The notes under the pieces: model-generated | Database searches by the model: none | Seen by the model: the letters and a program-made list of their open reading frames with translations, nothing else | What the model was told of the DNA's origin: nothing | Shown here: piece by piece, positions 20,007 to 28,457 of the stretch | How the letters are laid out: every line of letters begins with the position of its first letter | Numbering within the stretch: position 1 is the first letter of the stretch | Source: Flavisolibacter sp. | GTDB taxonomy: Bacteria; Bacteroidota; Bacteroidia; Chitinophagales; Chitinophagaceae | Length of the DNA: 45,723 bases | Assembly: GCA_051955075.1 (NCBI GenBank) | Contig: JBQCHB010000079.1 | Span: 1-45,723, forward strand | Direction: 5' to 3' | Translations under genes and position numbers: made by a program

Positions 20007-20492
20007 TCATCTTGCCAGGGTTATTCTATAGGTTGATTTTGATGTTTTGAAAGCGCCTTCCATTACTTCACCGGTTTCAGGATCAACCGCCATGCGTCCG
20101 GGAGCTATTTTGCGCAACTTTTCTTCTACCGCTTTTTTCTTTGTTTGTAAAAATTGTATCGCTTCTTCTATTTCTCTCCATTCTGCGCTATGCGAATAAT
20201 CATAGCTTACGCCAGCTTCACATATTTCTATTTTTGCTCCCGATGTGGTAGTTAACCTACCATTGTGTTTTGCCAATTCTTCTCTCAAAAATTCTATATA
20301 GCCTTCGTTTTTGCGAACAGCTTTTGTAAACTCCTCCATGGCGGCTAAAGCTTCTGCTACCTGAAACACGTTGCCTTCTTCCAAAACGTTTGCTACAGAT
20401 TGCATGGCTAGTTCAGCGATCTGTTTTTTATTCAGTCCTTCTCTGATTGAAGGCAATGAAGATTCGTTATGCTGCACTAAGTGTTTTGCCAT
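20007..20492 (-). CDS. Phage-type coiled-coil protein (Gp157/Gam-like context)
   Basis: GAKIE..EAGV.YDYS..W...E...coiled coil...VDPETGE motif; ATG 20492 overlaps the 3' end of the ATPase gene. Confidence 0.6.
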   Translation of the reverse strand: MAKHLVQHNESSLPSIREGLNKKQIAELAMQSVANVLEEGNVFQVAEALAAMEEFTKAVRKNEGYIEFLREELAKHNGRLTTTSGAKIEICEAGVSYDYSHSAEWREIEEAIQFLQTKKKAVEEKLRKIAPGRMAVDPETGEVMEGAFKTSKSTYRITLAR

Positions 20493-21327
20493 TGATTTGA
20501 TTTCTGCGGTTAGCAATTAATTGTTGCAGCAGCGGATTGCCGTCCACGTCTGCTTTATTCTTTTGATAGAGTTCTACTAACTCTCTTTGCGTGTTGCATA
20601 TTTCCACTTTGCTATACCACTCGCTCCCCGGCCTGATGATGTTGAAATCCTCTTCCCCCTGTTCGCACCAATTGGCAATTAATTCGCCTGTTTGTTCTGT
20701 TGGAACAAATACAGGCTTGCCCATAAAAAGATTTGTACGATCTTTTGATGCAACGGCATTGTGCTTGGTATCCATTTCGAGATTGATGGTGAGCTCGTAT
20801 TCAAAACCTTCGCGGGTAATCTCACGCAGGCCACCTTTTTCCACTCTTATTTTATTACCGTCTTTAACCATTTCATAATCTTGCTTGCGGCGCACTGTGG
20901 TAATAACATGGCAAGGGCTATGTAAAATTGCTTCTAAAAATGCCTGGTGTCGTGGTGTTACTTTCGCCCAATCCTGGTATTTGCCACCCAGGCTTTCAAC
21001 AATCTCTAAGCAGCCACCTTTGCCATCCCATTCATGCGAAATGGAGTCAACAATAATTACTTCCATACCTGCTTTTTCGCAGGAGCGAATTGCCTCGATA
21101 TAGCGTTCAGGAGAAAAAGGTGCTGTTAGCGGAAGCACATTGTAATCGCCCAAATGTGCATATAAATCGGCGCTGCCATTTTCTGTATCAATCACAGCTA
21201 CTTTTGAAAGATCGCCGCATAAGCCTTTGGCTATTAAAATGGCGCTGTATGTTTTACCACCGCCGGAAACTGCTGAAAGTCCCAGGCGAATCTTTGCTTT
21301 TTTTCTTGTTGCTTTTCTTAATTGCAT
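20467..21327 (-). CDS. AAA_24 / Sak4-like phage recombination ATPase
   Basis: RLGL.A.SGGGKT Walker A, VIDTENGSA.LYA, IIVDSISHEW Walker B, EGFEYE and ASKDRT.LF. Confidence 0.85.
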   Translation of the reverse strand: MQLRKATRKKAKIRLGLSAVSGGGKTYSAILIAKGLCGDLSKVAVIDTENGSADLYAHLGDYNVLPLTAPFSPERYIEAIRSCEKAGMEVIIVDSISHEWDGKGGCLEIVESLGGKYQDWAKVTPRHQAFLEAILHSPCHVITTVRRKQDYEMVKDGNKIRVEKGGLREITREGFEYELTINLEMDTKHNAVASKDRTNLFMGKPVFVPTEQTGELIANWCEQGEEDFNIIRPGSEWYSKVEICNTQRELVELYQKNKADVDGNPLLQQLIANRRNQINGKTLSAA

Positions 21328-21335
21328 ATGTCAGA

Positions 21336-21431
21336 TTATAAACCGTTATTAATTTGATGATTGAAGCGTTCTATCGATGACTTGGTTGTAGAAAAAATTG
21401 ATTTCACAGATTTAAGTGTTTTGCAATTCAT
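21336..21431 (-). CDS. Possible 31-aa small ORF (MNCKTLKSVKSIFSTTKSSIERFNHQINNGL)
   Basis: ATG after A-rich AACAAAATTATAAGTC; stop lies 8 nt before the ATPase ATG. Confidence 0.3.
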   Translation of the reverse strand: MNCKTLKSVKSIFSTTKSSIERFNHQINNGL

Positions 21432-21439
21432 GACTTATA

Positions 21440-21505
21440 ATTTTGTTACCGGCTGTTTGCTACTTTCGGCTTGTGTTGTGTCACTCACTTGAACGTCCAA
21501 TAATT
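21440..21505 (-). ncRNA. Dispersed structured element, copy C (possibly Flavo-1-like)
   Basis: Minus strand GGACGTTCAAGTGAGTGACACAAC-N8-AAAGTAGCAAACAGCCGGTAACAAAA, a diverged match to copies A and B. Confidence 0.45.
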
Positions 21506-21562
21506 CTGTTCATCACTATTCGAGTATTGACCACAGCTTCGGTTCTTATCCCGTTCAAAATG

Positions 21563-21865
21563 CTACGCAGCCCTTCCTACGCTATTTTCAAATTCATGAG
21601 CGAAAAAGCGGGTGGCTGCTTCGGTAATTTCATCCATGGCGCCGGTTACTTCCAGCACGGGCTTGATATCGGTACCGTTCCATTTTACAAGATCAATATC
21701 CACAGTATAGCGGTCGAAAATATCCAGCAATGAAGCTGATGAATTAAAATAACCTACGCCTTCCACCTCCAGGTCTCCTACATATTCTGTAACAATTTTC
21801 AGGTTGCGAACCACCTTATGCTTTAGCGGAAAATGGAAGCTGAAACTCTTTCTCGTCTTTCTCAT
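21563..21865 (-). CDS. Hypothetical protein, first gene of the repressor-divergent operon
   Basis: 100 aa ORF with an A-rich start context, divergent from the S24 repressor. Confidence 0.75.
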   Translation of the reverse strand: MRKTRKSFSFHFPLKHKVVRNLKIVTEYVGDLEVEGVGYFNSSASLLDIFDRYTVDIDLVKWNGTDIKPVLEVTGAMDEITEAATRFFAHEFENSVGRAA

Positions 21866-21875
21866 GATTTGGAAT

Positions 21876-21957
21876 TGTGAATTTTTGAATTAAATTTGTG
21901 AAGTATAAAAATACAAAAATTCACATTATCCACATTATTTTCACATATTTATTCACA
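21876..21957. promoter_or_regulatory. Divergent promoter region with TTCACA/TGTGAA repeat array including two DnaA-box consensus matches
   Basis: TGTGAA at 21876 and 21897; TTCACA at 21920, 21940 and 21952; TTATCCACA 21926-21934; TTATTCACA 21949-21957. Confidence 0.6.
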
Positions 21958-21970
21958 AACGCTTAACGCT

Positions 21971-22702
21971 ATGCTTAATGCTCATAAATTGATAGAAATC
22001 AGGAAATCCTTGGGTTTAAACCAAGCTGCGTTTGCTAACAAAATTGGCTACAGTAGAGAAGTTGTAAGCAAAGTCGAGAATGAAAAAATAGAACCGTCCA
22101 GGTGGTTTGTTGAAGCCGTTTTAAAGCTTCAAAACGAGCATTCTTTTCACAATTTATCCGATGATGTGAATATTTTAGGAAAATTTTCACAATCTGCTCG
22201 TAAAAATCAGAAATCATATTTGGAGCAGCGGCAGGAACAAAAGAACAATCCCTTTCAATTTTTAGTTCCACTGGTAGGAATCAAGGCGCAGGCCGGTTAT
22301 GTAAAAGGTTTTGAACAAACCGATTTTTTAGAAGCGTTGGAAAAGTATTCATTGCCGCCTGGTGTGAATCCAGCCGGTGCGGTTTGGCGCTATTTTGAAA
22401 TTGACGGCGACAGTATGGAACCTACCTTAAGCGCAGGTGATGTAGTGTTGGCAACCATGGTACCCGTGGAAGACTGGAATGACATCAAAGATTTTTCGGT
22501 ATACATCATCCATACTGCCGACCAATTATTAATTAAGCGTCTGTATAAAAAATCTAATATGGAATGGGTACTTATTTCTGATAATGAAGAACTGTATCCT
22601 CAGGTTGCTATCAATGTGGAAGATGTAAAACAAATATGGTTGCTCCGCAGGCAGATCCGCTCCAAAGCACCACAACCCAAAGAGTTTAAAATCACTGCAT
22701 AG
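21971..22702 (+). CDS. XRE-HTH + peptidase S24 repressor (CI/LexA-like)
   Basis: HTH (IRKSLGLNQAAFA.KIG.SR..VS.VEN), Ala-Gly cleavage site (AQAGY), catalytic Ser (GDSMEP) and Lys (IKRL). Confidence 0.9.
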   Translation: MLNAHKLIEIRKSLGLNQAAFANKIGYSREVVSKVENEKIEPSRWFVEAVLKLQNEHSFHNLSDDVNILGKFSQSARKNQKSYLEQRQEQKNNPFQFLVPLVGIKAQAGYVKGFEQTDFLEALEKYSLPPGVNPAGAVWRYFEIDGDSMEPTLSAGDVVLATMVPVEDWNDIKDFSVYIIHTADQLLIKRLYKKSNMEWVLISDNEELYPQVAINVEDVKQIWLLRRQIRSKAPQPKEFKITA

Positions 22703-22930
22703 AAATTTTGTTGCAAGATTTATCCTGAGCTTGTTGAAGCGTCATTGCATAAGTTGCAAGCTTTTAGCTGTGTGGCCTATAGTTAAGTAACTATTCAGTG
22801 TCTCGAATGCTGATAGCTAACAGCTCGCAGCTAATCACCAACATCCTCACACGAACTTTCAGCCAAATAATGCAATCGGCCTATCTTCGCAGCGCAAATA
22901 ATTTTTCTTACACATAAATTTTAATGATCA

Positions 22931-23860
22931 ATGAAAATTACAGTTGTAGGTGCGGGTGCAGTAGGGGCTACCACAGCCGATAATATTGCCCGCAAAGAAT
23001 TGTGTGAAGAGCTGGTGTTGCTGGATATTAAAGAAGGTCTTGCCGAAGGTAAAGCGTTGGACATGATGCAAACCGCTGCCTTGCTTGGCTTTGATACAAA
23101 AATTGTTGGAAGCACAAACGATTATGCAAAAACAAAGGGTTCGGATGTAGTTGTTGTTACTTCAGGCTTGCCACGTAAGCCCGGTATGACCCGCGAAGAA
23201 CTGATTGGCACTAACGCCAACATTGTAAAAACTGTTACGCAAAATATTTTACAACATTCTCCTGATGCCATCATCGTTGTTATCAGCAACCCGATGGATA
23301 CCATGACCTACCTCACTTTGCAATCAAGCGGTGTGGCTAAAAATAAAATTATAGGTATGGGCGGTGCTTTAGATAGTGCAAGGTTTAAATGCTATTTAAG
23401 CATGGCTCTGAATTGTTCGCCTAACGATTTAAACGCTGTTGTAATTGGCGGTCATGGCGATACAACCATGATCCCTTTGATTCGTTACGCTACATGGAAC
23501 AGTGTTCCTGTAACGCAATTTTTGTCCGAAGAACAGCAACAGAAAATTGTAGCTGATACCATGGTTGGAGGTGCTACGCTTACAAAGCTGATCGGAACTT
23601 CGGCATGGTATGCGCCTGGGGCGGCCGCAATGGCTTTGGTAGAAAGTATTGTGCGTGATGAAAAACGCTTGATTTCCTGCTGCGTATCATTAGACGGCGA
23701 GTATGGACAAAAGGATATTTGTCTTGGTGTACCCGTTGTATTGGGTAAGAATGGCTGGGAAAAAATTGTTGATTACAAATTGAACGAACAAGAGCAGGCT
23801 ACGTTCAATAAAAGTGCTGATGCAGTGCGTAATATGAATGATGTGTTGAAGACATTGTGA
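22931..23860 (+). CDS. mdh: Malate dehydrogenase (LDH-like)
   Basis: VVGAGAVG, PRKPGMTREEL, SNPMD, LDSARF, GGHGD and SAWYAPG. Confidence 0.97.
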   Translation: MKITVVGAGAVGATTADNIARKELCEELVLLDIKEGLAEGKALDMMQTAALLGFDTKIVGSTNDYAKTKGSDVVVVTSGLPRKPGMTREELIGTNANIVKTVTQNILQHSPDAIIVVISNPMDTMTYLTLQSSGVAKNKIIGMGGALDSARFKCYLSMALNCSPNDLNAVVIGGHGDTTMIPLIRYATWNSVPVTQFLSEEQQQKIVADTMVGGATLTKLIGTSAWYAPGAAAMALVESIVRDEKRLISCCVSLDGEYGQKDICLGVPVVLGKNGWEKIVDYKLNEQEQATFNKSADAVRNMNDVLKTL

Positions 23861-23894
23861 GACGGTGAACAGTCGATAACGCAATGAAATAGAC

Positions 23895-23927
23895 AATTAG
23901 CGAGCCACTGCGGCTCGCTAATTTTTT
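23895..23927. terminator. Intrinsic terminator between mdh and the S8 gene
   Basis: AATTAGCGAGCC-ACTGC-GGCTCGCTAATT followed by a T-run. Confidence 0.8.
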
Positions 23928-26520
23928 AATAGACAATTAATTTCTGATGATAGGTTTTGCCATCCTCAGAAATGATTTTGATGAAGTACATGCCTGTTGA
24001 AAGTTGCAATGTCATCTGCTGCAAAATATCCTGCACTAAAAAAGTTTTTACAAGACGGCCATTGGCATCAAACGCCTGCACTGAATATTTGCCCGGCTCC
24101 TGCGTAACAAATTTTATCGCTTCATTTTTATGAGCGGGATTAGGAAAAATCAAAACAGGATTGTCTGGCAAATAGTAAACCTTATCTGTTGGACTATAAA
24201 TAACCTGCCCGTTCGCAAGCATAATTTGCAACCTGTAAAAATTTGCTCCTTGTATTAAGGTGCTGTCAGTGAAGTTTAACAGCAACGAAGGATTATTACT
24301 TGTGTAAATGGTTTGAAAACCTGCTGGCGTTAATTTTTGAAAGCTGATGGATGAAACATTATACAACGAACCTAATTCAGCGGAAAGAAAGCCCCACTTA
24401 TTGTCTTGCAATACTGCAAAAAAGGTGCGGAGATAACAGCCTACGCCTTGTGTAGTGTAATTTAAAGTATAGCTGCGCCAACCCAGTTTATTATCAATCT
24501 TTGGTGCTACTGCATAATAAAGTGAGGGATGATTATTTGTCTGAAGAACCTTTATCGTATCAGGTGTTTGCATAAAAGGCTCAAGGTATTTTGCTCCCAA
24601 ACTATATAACTCATATTGGTTCACAGGCAACCGGTTCCAGAATAATAAAAACGAGTCAGGGCAATTGAATCCTACTTTAAGATCAAGCGGTTTGGAAATA
24701 ACAAAACTGTCTGAAGCAATTTCACTAACCACCGATGGTATCACAAATCGCAGCAAAGCCTTTGACGTTGTATCTGGCACCAACCATTGAAAATACTGTT
24801 GCTGGGCATTCACATTGTCATTCAGCAATTGCCATTTTATTCCATCTAATGAATATTCAATTTTTGCATCACCTGCCATATTGGTTTGCCAGCGCAATGT
24901 ATTTACTGAACCCGCCCGCAATACGTCCGAACCTGTTGGATAAATCCATTGAAAATTATTTGCAGTGTCTATTTGATAGGCTATTGCAAAACTTTGTGAA
25001 GCAGTAATAATATGGCTTCCTGTAACTTCCAACACATAATTTCCCGCCTGTGGATCATCGACTGTAATTTGCTCAACTGTGTTTAAGGTGTCTTTTTTCC
25101 TGGCAGCAGGTTGCAGCAGAGAATCTTTATCAGGATAACTGCTCAAAACCCATGGTTGCCATGCATCACCTGTAACGGGTAATTTTAAAACAGCATCAAG
25201 ATCATTCACCAGTGCTTTGGCAGCGTTAGCAGCAGCGGCTGTATCCGTCCAAACCAAAGTAAGTTTTATCTGTTTGGTATTTGAAGGGATATGAATCGAA
25301 AAAGTTTTAATCTCATTTTGGGAAATGGTGTTCTGAAAAAAATGATTTTCGTTGATGGTTGTTAATGCATTGTAAGCATTAAGGCTGCCGTAGCCCGAAG
25401 TATAATCAATGCCTTTTACACCAACATCGTTGGCGCTGTTTAGCAAAGCAGCTTTTACCAGGGCCACGGGAGGAAGCGAGTCGTGATGGAGAATTTTATA
25501 ATCGTGTTGTATCAATGCAACAGTTCCGGATGTTAAGGCTGCTGCTCCCGAACTCCCATCTTCTCCATAAGCTACCAACTCAGGCTTTATTCTTCCATCG
25601 TAAGCCGGGCCTTTTGAGCTAAGAGGCACTACATTATTGAAGGAATCTAATGATCCAACAGTAATAATGTTTTTGGCCATTTTAAAACTGCCGGTAATAT
25701 TGGCTGCGTTTTCTATACCGGCATAAGCGCCGTCAGTAGAAGTAGTAGTGCCAGAATTGCCGGCAGAAAACACATGCACTAAAAAAGGATTGTTGTTTAC
25801 GCTTATGTCATAAGCCCGTGTATCGGCGCCATAGTAATTTTCAATACCCGTACCGTAAGAATGGTTCTGCACCGAAATGTTGAATTGTTTGTAAACTGCA
25901 TCAGCATCAGGTAAAAGGTTTACAAAGCTCGAAGAGGTGACATTGGCGCCTGTAGCTGCGCCAACTGCATAAGGAGAAGTATTTCCGCCTCCGGCAATGA
26001 TCGTTGCCATAATAGCGGCATGAGACGTTTGATTATCATTTCCCACACCACTGTTGAAATATCTTCCTTTTATATCAATGTCCGTAGAATCCAATAGCTG
26101 TTCTTTTATGGATACTTCAATAGAATCACCATTGACTTTTGCAAAAGCATGATGCGCAAGATTAATTTTATTCAGCGTAAGATCGAAGGCGCCTGTTGTT
26201 AGTTCTTCCTTTGGCTTGCGCAATACGTCGGCAAATTCAATAGCCTTGTTGGCAATAAAATTTTGAAGTTGTTTATTTGATACACGAACTATAATTGTTT
26301 TAGAAGGCGCATACCCATTGATAAAACGCATTTGTGATTTTGCATTTTGCAGAATACTTACATCTTTTACAGCGCAAATAATATCGGTGCTATCGTTTGA
26401 AGGATGCTCAATAAGTTTTTTAAGCTGTAAAGAAATTTTTCCATCAAGATTTTCTTGTTGCTGGGCAGCCAGCGATAAGCAAAAACCGATAGCAAAAAAC
26501 AATATAAACGGCTTCTTCAT
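23926..26520 (-). CDS. S8 (subtilisin-like) serine peptidase with T9SS C-terminal domain
   Basis: SHA..MA.IIAG (His), NHSYG, SAGNSG (oxyanion Asn), GP..DGRIKPEL.A.G and GSSGAAA (Ser); IFPNP...G.YFIKI...KLI sorting domain. Confidence 0.88.
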   Translation of the reverse strand: MKKPFILFFAIGFCLSLAAQQQENLDGKISLQLKKLIEHPSNDSTDIICAVKDVSILQNAKSQMRFINGYAPSKTIIVRVSNKQLQNFIANKAIEFADVLRKPKEELTTGAFDLTLNKINLAHHAFAKVNGDSIEVSIKEQLLDSTDIDIKGRYFNSGVGNDNQTSHAAIMATIIAGGGNTSPYAVGAATGANVTSSSFVNLLPDADAVYKQFNISVQNHSYGTGIENYYGADTRAYDISVNNNPFLVHVFSAGNSGTTTSTDGAYAGIENAANITGSFKMAKNIITVGSLDSFNNVVPLSSKGPAYDGRIKPELVAYGEDGSSGAAALTSGTVALIQHDYKILHHDSLPPVALVKAALLNSANDVGVKGIDYTSGYGSLNAYNALTTINENHFFQNTISQNEIKTFSIHIPSNTKQIKLTLVWTDTAAAANAAKALVNDLDAVLKLPVTGDAWQPWVLSSYPDKDSLLQPAARKKDTLNTVEQITVDDPQAGNYVLEVTGSHIITASQSFAIAYQIDTANNFQWIYPTGSDVLRAGSVNTLRWQTNMAGDAKIEYSLDGIKWQLLNDNVNAQQQYFQWLVPDTTSKALLRFVIPSVVSEIASDSFVISKPLDLKVGFNCPDSFLLFWNRLPVNQYELYSLGAKYLEPFMQTPDTIKVLQTNNHPSLYYAVAPKIDNKLGWRSYTLNYTTQGVGCYLRTFFAVLQDNKWGFLSAELGSLYNVSSISFQKLTPAGFQTIYTSNNPSLLLNFTDSTLIQGANFYRLQIMLANGQVIYSPTDKVYYLPDNPVLIFPNPAHKNEAIKFVTQEPGKYSVQAFDANGRLVKTFLVQDILQQMTLQLSTGMYFIKIISEDGKTYHQKLIVY

Positions 26521-26703
26521 AGTGTACCACAATATTAACTCCTTCCTTGGATAAACAACGTCAGCAATAGCTTCAGAGATTTTTACTTAGTAAATTCTGC
26601 ACTCTAAACTCATATGCAACGCTGTTGCCTAAATTTATTTTAACAGTTTTTAACAATCTGTAATTTAAGGATGAAATCACCCTTTTAAACAAAATATAAG
26701 CAC

Positions 26704-27519
26704 ATGAATAATTTTAAATTTTTCGCAGCAGCAGGTATTGCTGCACTTTTAATTACCAGCTGTAAGAAAGAAACCAAACAAGCCGTTGAGGACGAGATTT
26801 CGCAAACTACGCTTTCAAAGATCCAGGCACTCGGTTTTGGAACCAGTAATGTACGCAAGGTTGATGATGGATATTTAGTGGAAGGCGATATCGTATTGAC
26901 AGATGAAAATTTGAATTCTGCTCCTGAGCAAAGTCTTTTAAGAATAGGTGAGACAGAACAGTACCGGACTACAAACCTGGTTACACATCTTCCAAGAACA
27001 TTTACAGTTACCACAACCGGTTTAGGACAGGCATATATTGATGGTGCGCAACAGGCCATCAACAGGTATAATGCTTTAGGCTTGCGAATAAAATTTCAAT
27101 ACACCACTTCCAGAAGAGCTGATATCACTATTGCAGGTTTCAACCAGGGGCCTTCCGGTGGTTACATTACTTTGGGAAGCTCTGGATTTCCAACCCGCAA
27201 GGGAGATCCATACAATACAATTAAGATGAACACGAACCAGTATGCTTATGGTTCTAACCCTGACCCGGTTTATGTGGGTTCGGTTATTCAACATGAGCTT
27301 GGACATTGTATCGGCTTCCGCCATACCGATTATATGAATCGTGCCTATAGCTGCGGTGGCTCTGCAGTAAACGAAGGTGCCAGTAATATAGGAGCTATCC
27401 TGATTCCAGGTACGCCTTCTGGTCCCGATCCTAACTCATGGATGCTGGCCTGCTCCGATGGAAGAGACAGAACTTTTAATTCAAATGATAAAACAGCCTT
27501 AAACTACTTATACAAATAA
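26704..27519 (+). CDS. M57 (dual-action HEIGH) metallopeptidase lipoprotein, copy 1
   Basis: Lipobox LITSC, YLVEGDI, EQYRTTNLV, HELGHCIGFRHTDY and Met-turn SWMLAC. Confidence 0.9.
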   Translation: MNNFKFFAAAGIAALLITSCKKETKQAVEDEISQTTLSKIQALGFGTSNVRKVDDGYLVEGDIVLTDENLNSAPEQSLLRIGETEQYRTTNLVTHLPRTFTVTTTGLGQAYIDGAQQAINRYNALGLRIKFQYTTSRRADITIAGFNQGPSGGYITLGSSGFPTRKGDPYNTIKMNTNQYAYGSNPDPVYVGSVIQHELGHCIGFRHTDYMNRAYSCGGSAVNEGASNIGAILIPGTPSGPDPNSWMLACSDGRDRTFNSNDKTALNYLYK

Positions 27520-27560
27520 TCCAACTCTTTTCTTCACATTAAACCAAAAAGAAAACACAC

Positions 27561-28382
27561 ATGAAAAAAATCGTGATGCCCTTTGCAGTAATATGTTTTA
27601 CTGCTCTAACCTTTGTTGCGTGTAAAAAAGACACCAAACAGACAACCTCACGAGATGAAATTTCCCAGGCAACGTTGACGCAAATTCAAGCCATGGGATT
27701 TAGTACGGACGGAGCCCGTAAGGTCAGTAATGGTTATTTAGTGGAAGGTGACATTGTGCTAACAGATGAAAATCTGAACAGCAACGCCACTTCTCCCACT
27801 TTGCTTATTGCCAAAGAAGAACAGTACCGCACCACAAATCTTGTAAAAGGGTTGCCCAGGGTTATTACTGTTTCGGTTACCAATTTGCCAACGGTGTATT
27901 CAGACGCAACTAACGAAGCTATAAAACGTTATAATGCTTTAGGTGGTCAGTTGACTTTTGTAAGAGCAACAGCCGGCACTACAGGTAACATTGACATTTT
28001 TGGATTCAACGAAGGACCGTCCGGTGGCTACATTACATTAGGTAGTTCTGGATTCCCAACTTCAGCCGGTAATCCATTTAATCAAATTAAAATGAATACC
28101 AATCAGTATGCTTATGGTAGCAATCCTGATTTGAATTATGTGGCTTCCGTTATTCAGCACGAAATGGGGCATTGTATCGGCTTTCGTCATACCGATTATA
28201 TGAATCGTGCCTACAGCTGCGGGGGACGTCATCAAAACGAAGGCAGTGCTGGTGTTGGAGCTGTTTTAATTCCAGGAACACCTTCCAAGCCAGATGCAGA
28301 ATCGTTTATGCTGGCTTGTTCAAACGGCGGCAACAGAACGTTTAATGCAAATGATATAAAGGCAATGGATTATTTGTATTAA
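27561..28382 (+). CDS. M57 (dual-action HEIGH) metallopeptidase lipoprotein, copy 2
   Basis: Lipobox FVAC, YLVEGDI, EQYRTTNLV, HEMGHCIGFRHTDY and SFMLAC. Confidence 0.9.
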   Translation: MKKIVMPFAVICFTALTFVACKKDTKQTTSRDEISQATLTQIQAMGFSTDGARKVSNGYLVEGDIVLTDENLNSNATSPTLLIAKEEQYRTTNLVKGLPRVITVSVTNLPTVYSDATNEAIKRYNALGGQLTFVRATAGTTGNIDIFGFNEGPSGGYITLGSSGFPTSAGNPFNQIKMNTNQYAYGSNPDLNYVASVIQHEMGHCIGFRHTDYMNRAYSCGGRHQNEGSAGVGAVLIPGTPSKPDAESFMLACSNGGNRTFNANDIKAMDYLY

Positions 28383-28429
28383 GATTTTCACTATTTTACA
28401 TGCATATAAGCTATTAATGCACATGAGAA

Positions 28430-28457
28430 AAAAATCCCGCAGCAATGCGGGATTTTT
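28430..28457. terminator. Bidirectional intrinsic terminator
   Basis: AAAAATCCCGCA-GCAA-TGCGGGATTTTT. Confidence 0.8.

Noticed and set aside
21876-21957. Chromosomal oriC suggested by DnaA boxes
   Set aside because: Only ~105 bp and two consensus boxes; no switch in gene-strand bias (minus strand dominates on both sides) and no oriC-typical neighbours.
22721-22740. REP-like remnant ATCCTGAGCTTGTTGAAG
   Set aside because: Single degenerate half-copy with no partner or associated transposase in the window.
18836-22930. Intact prophage or integrative element inserted at tRNA-Asp
   Set aside because: No integrase, no second copy of the tRNA 3' end seen, and no structural or conjugation genes; the tRNA keeps its own terminator.
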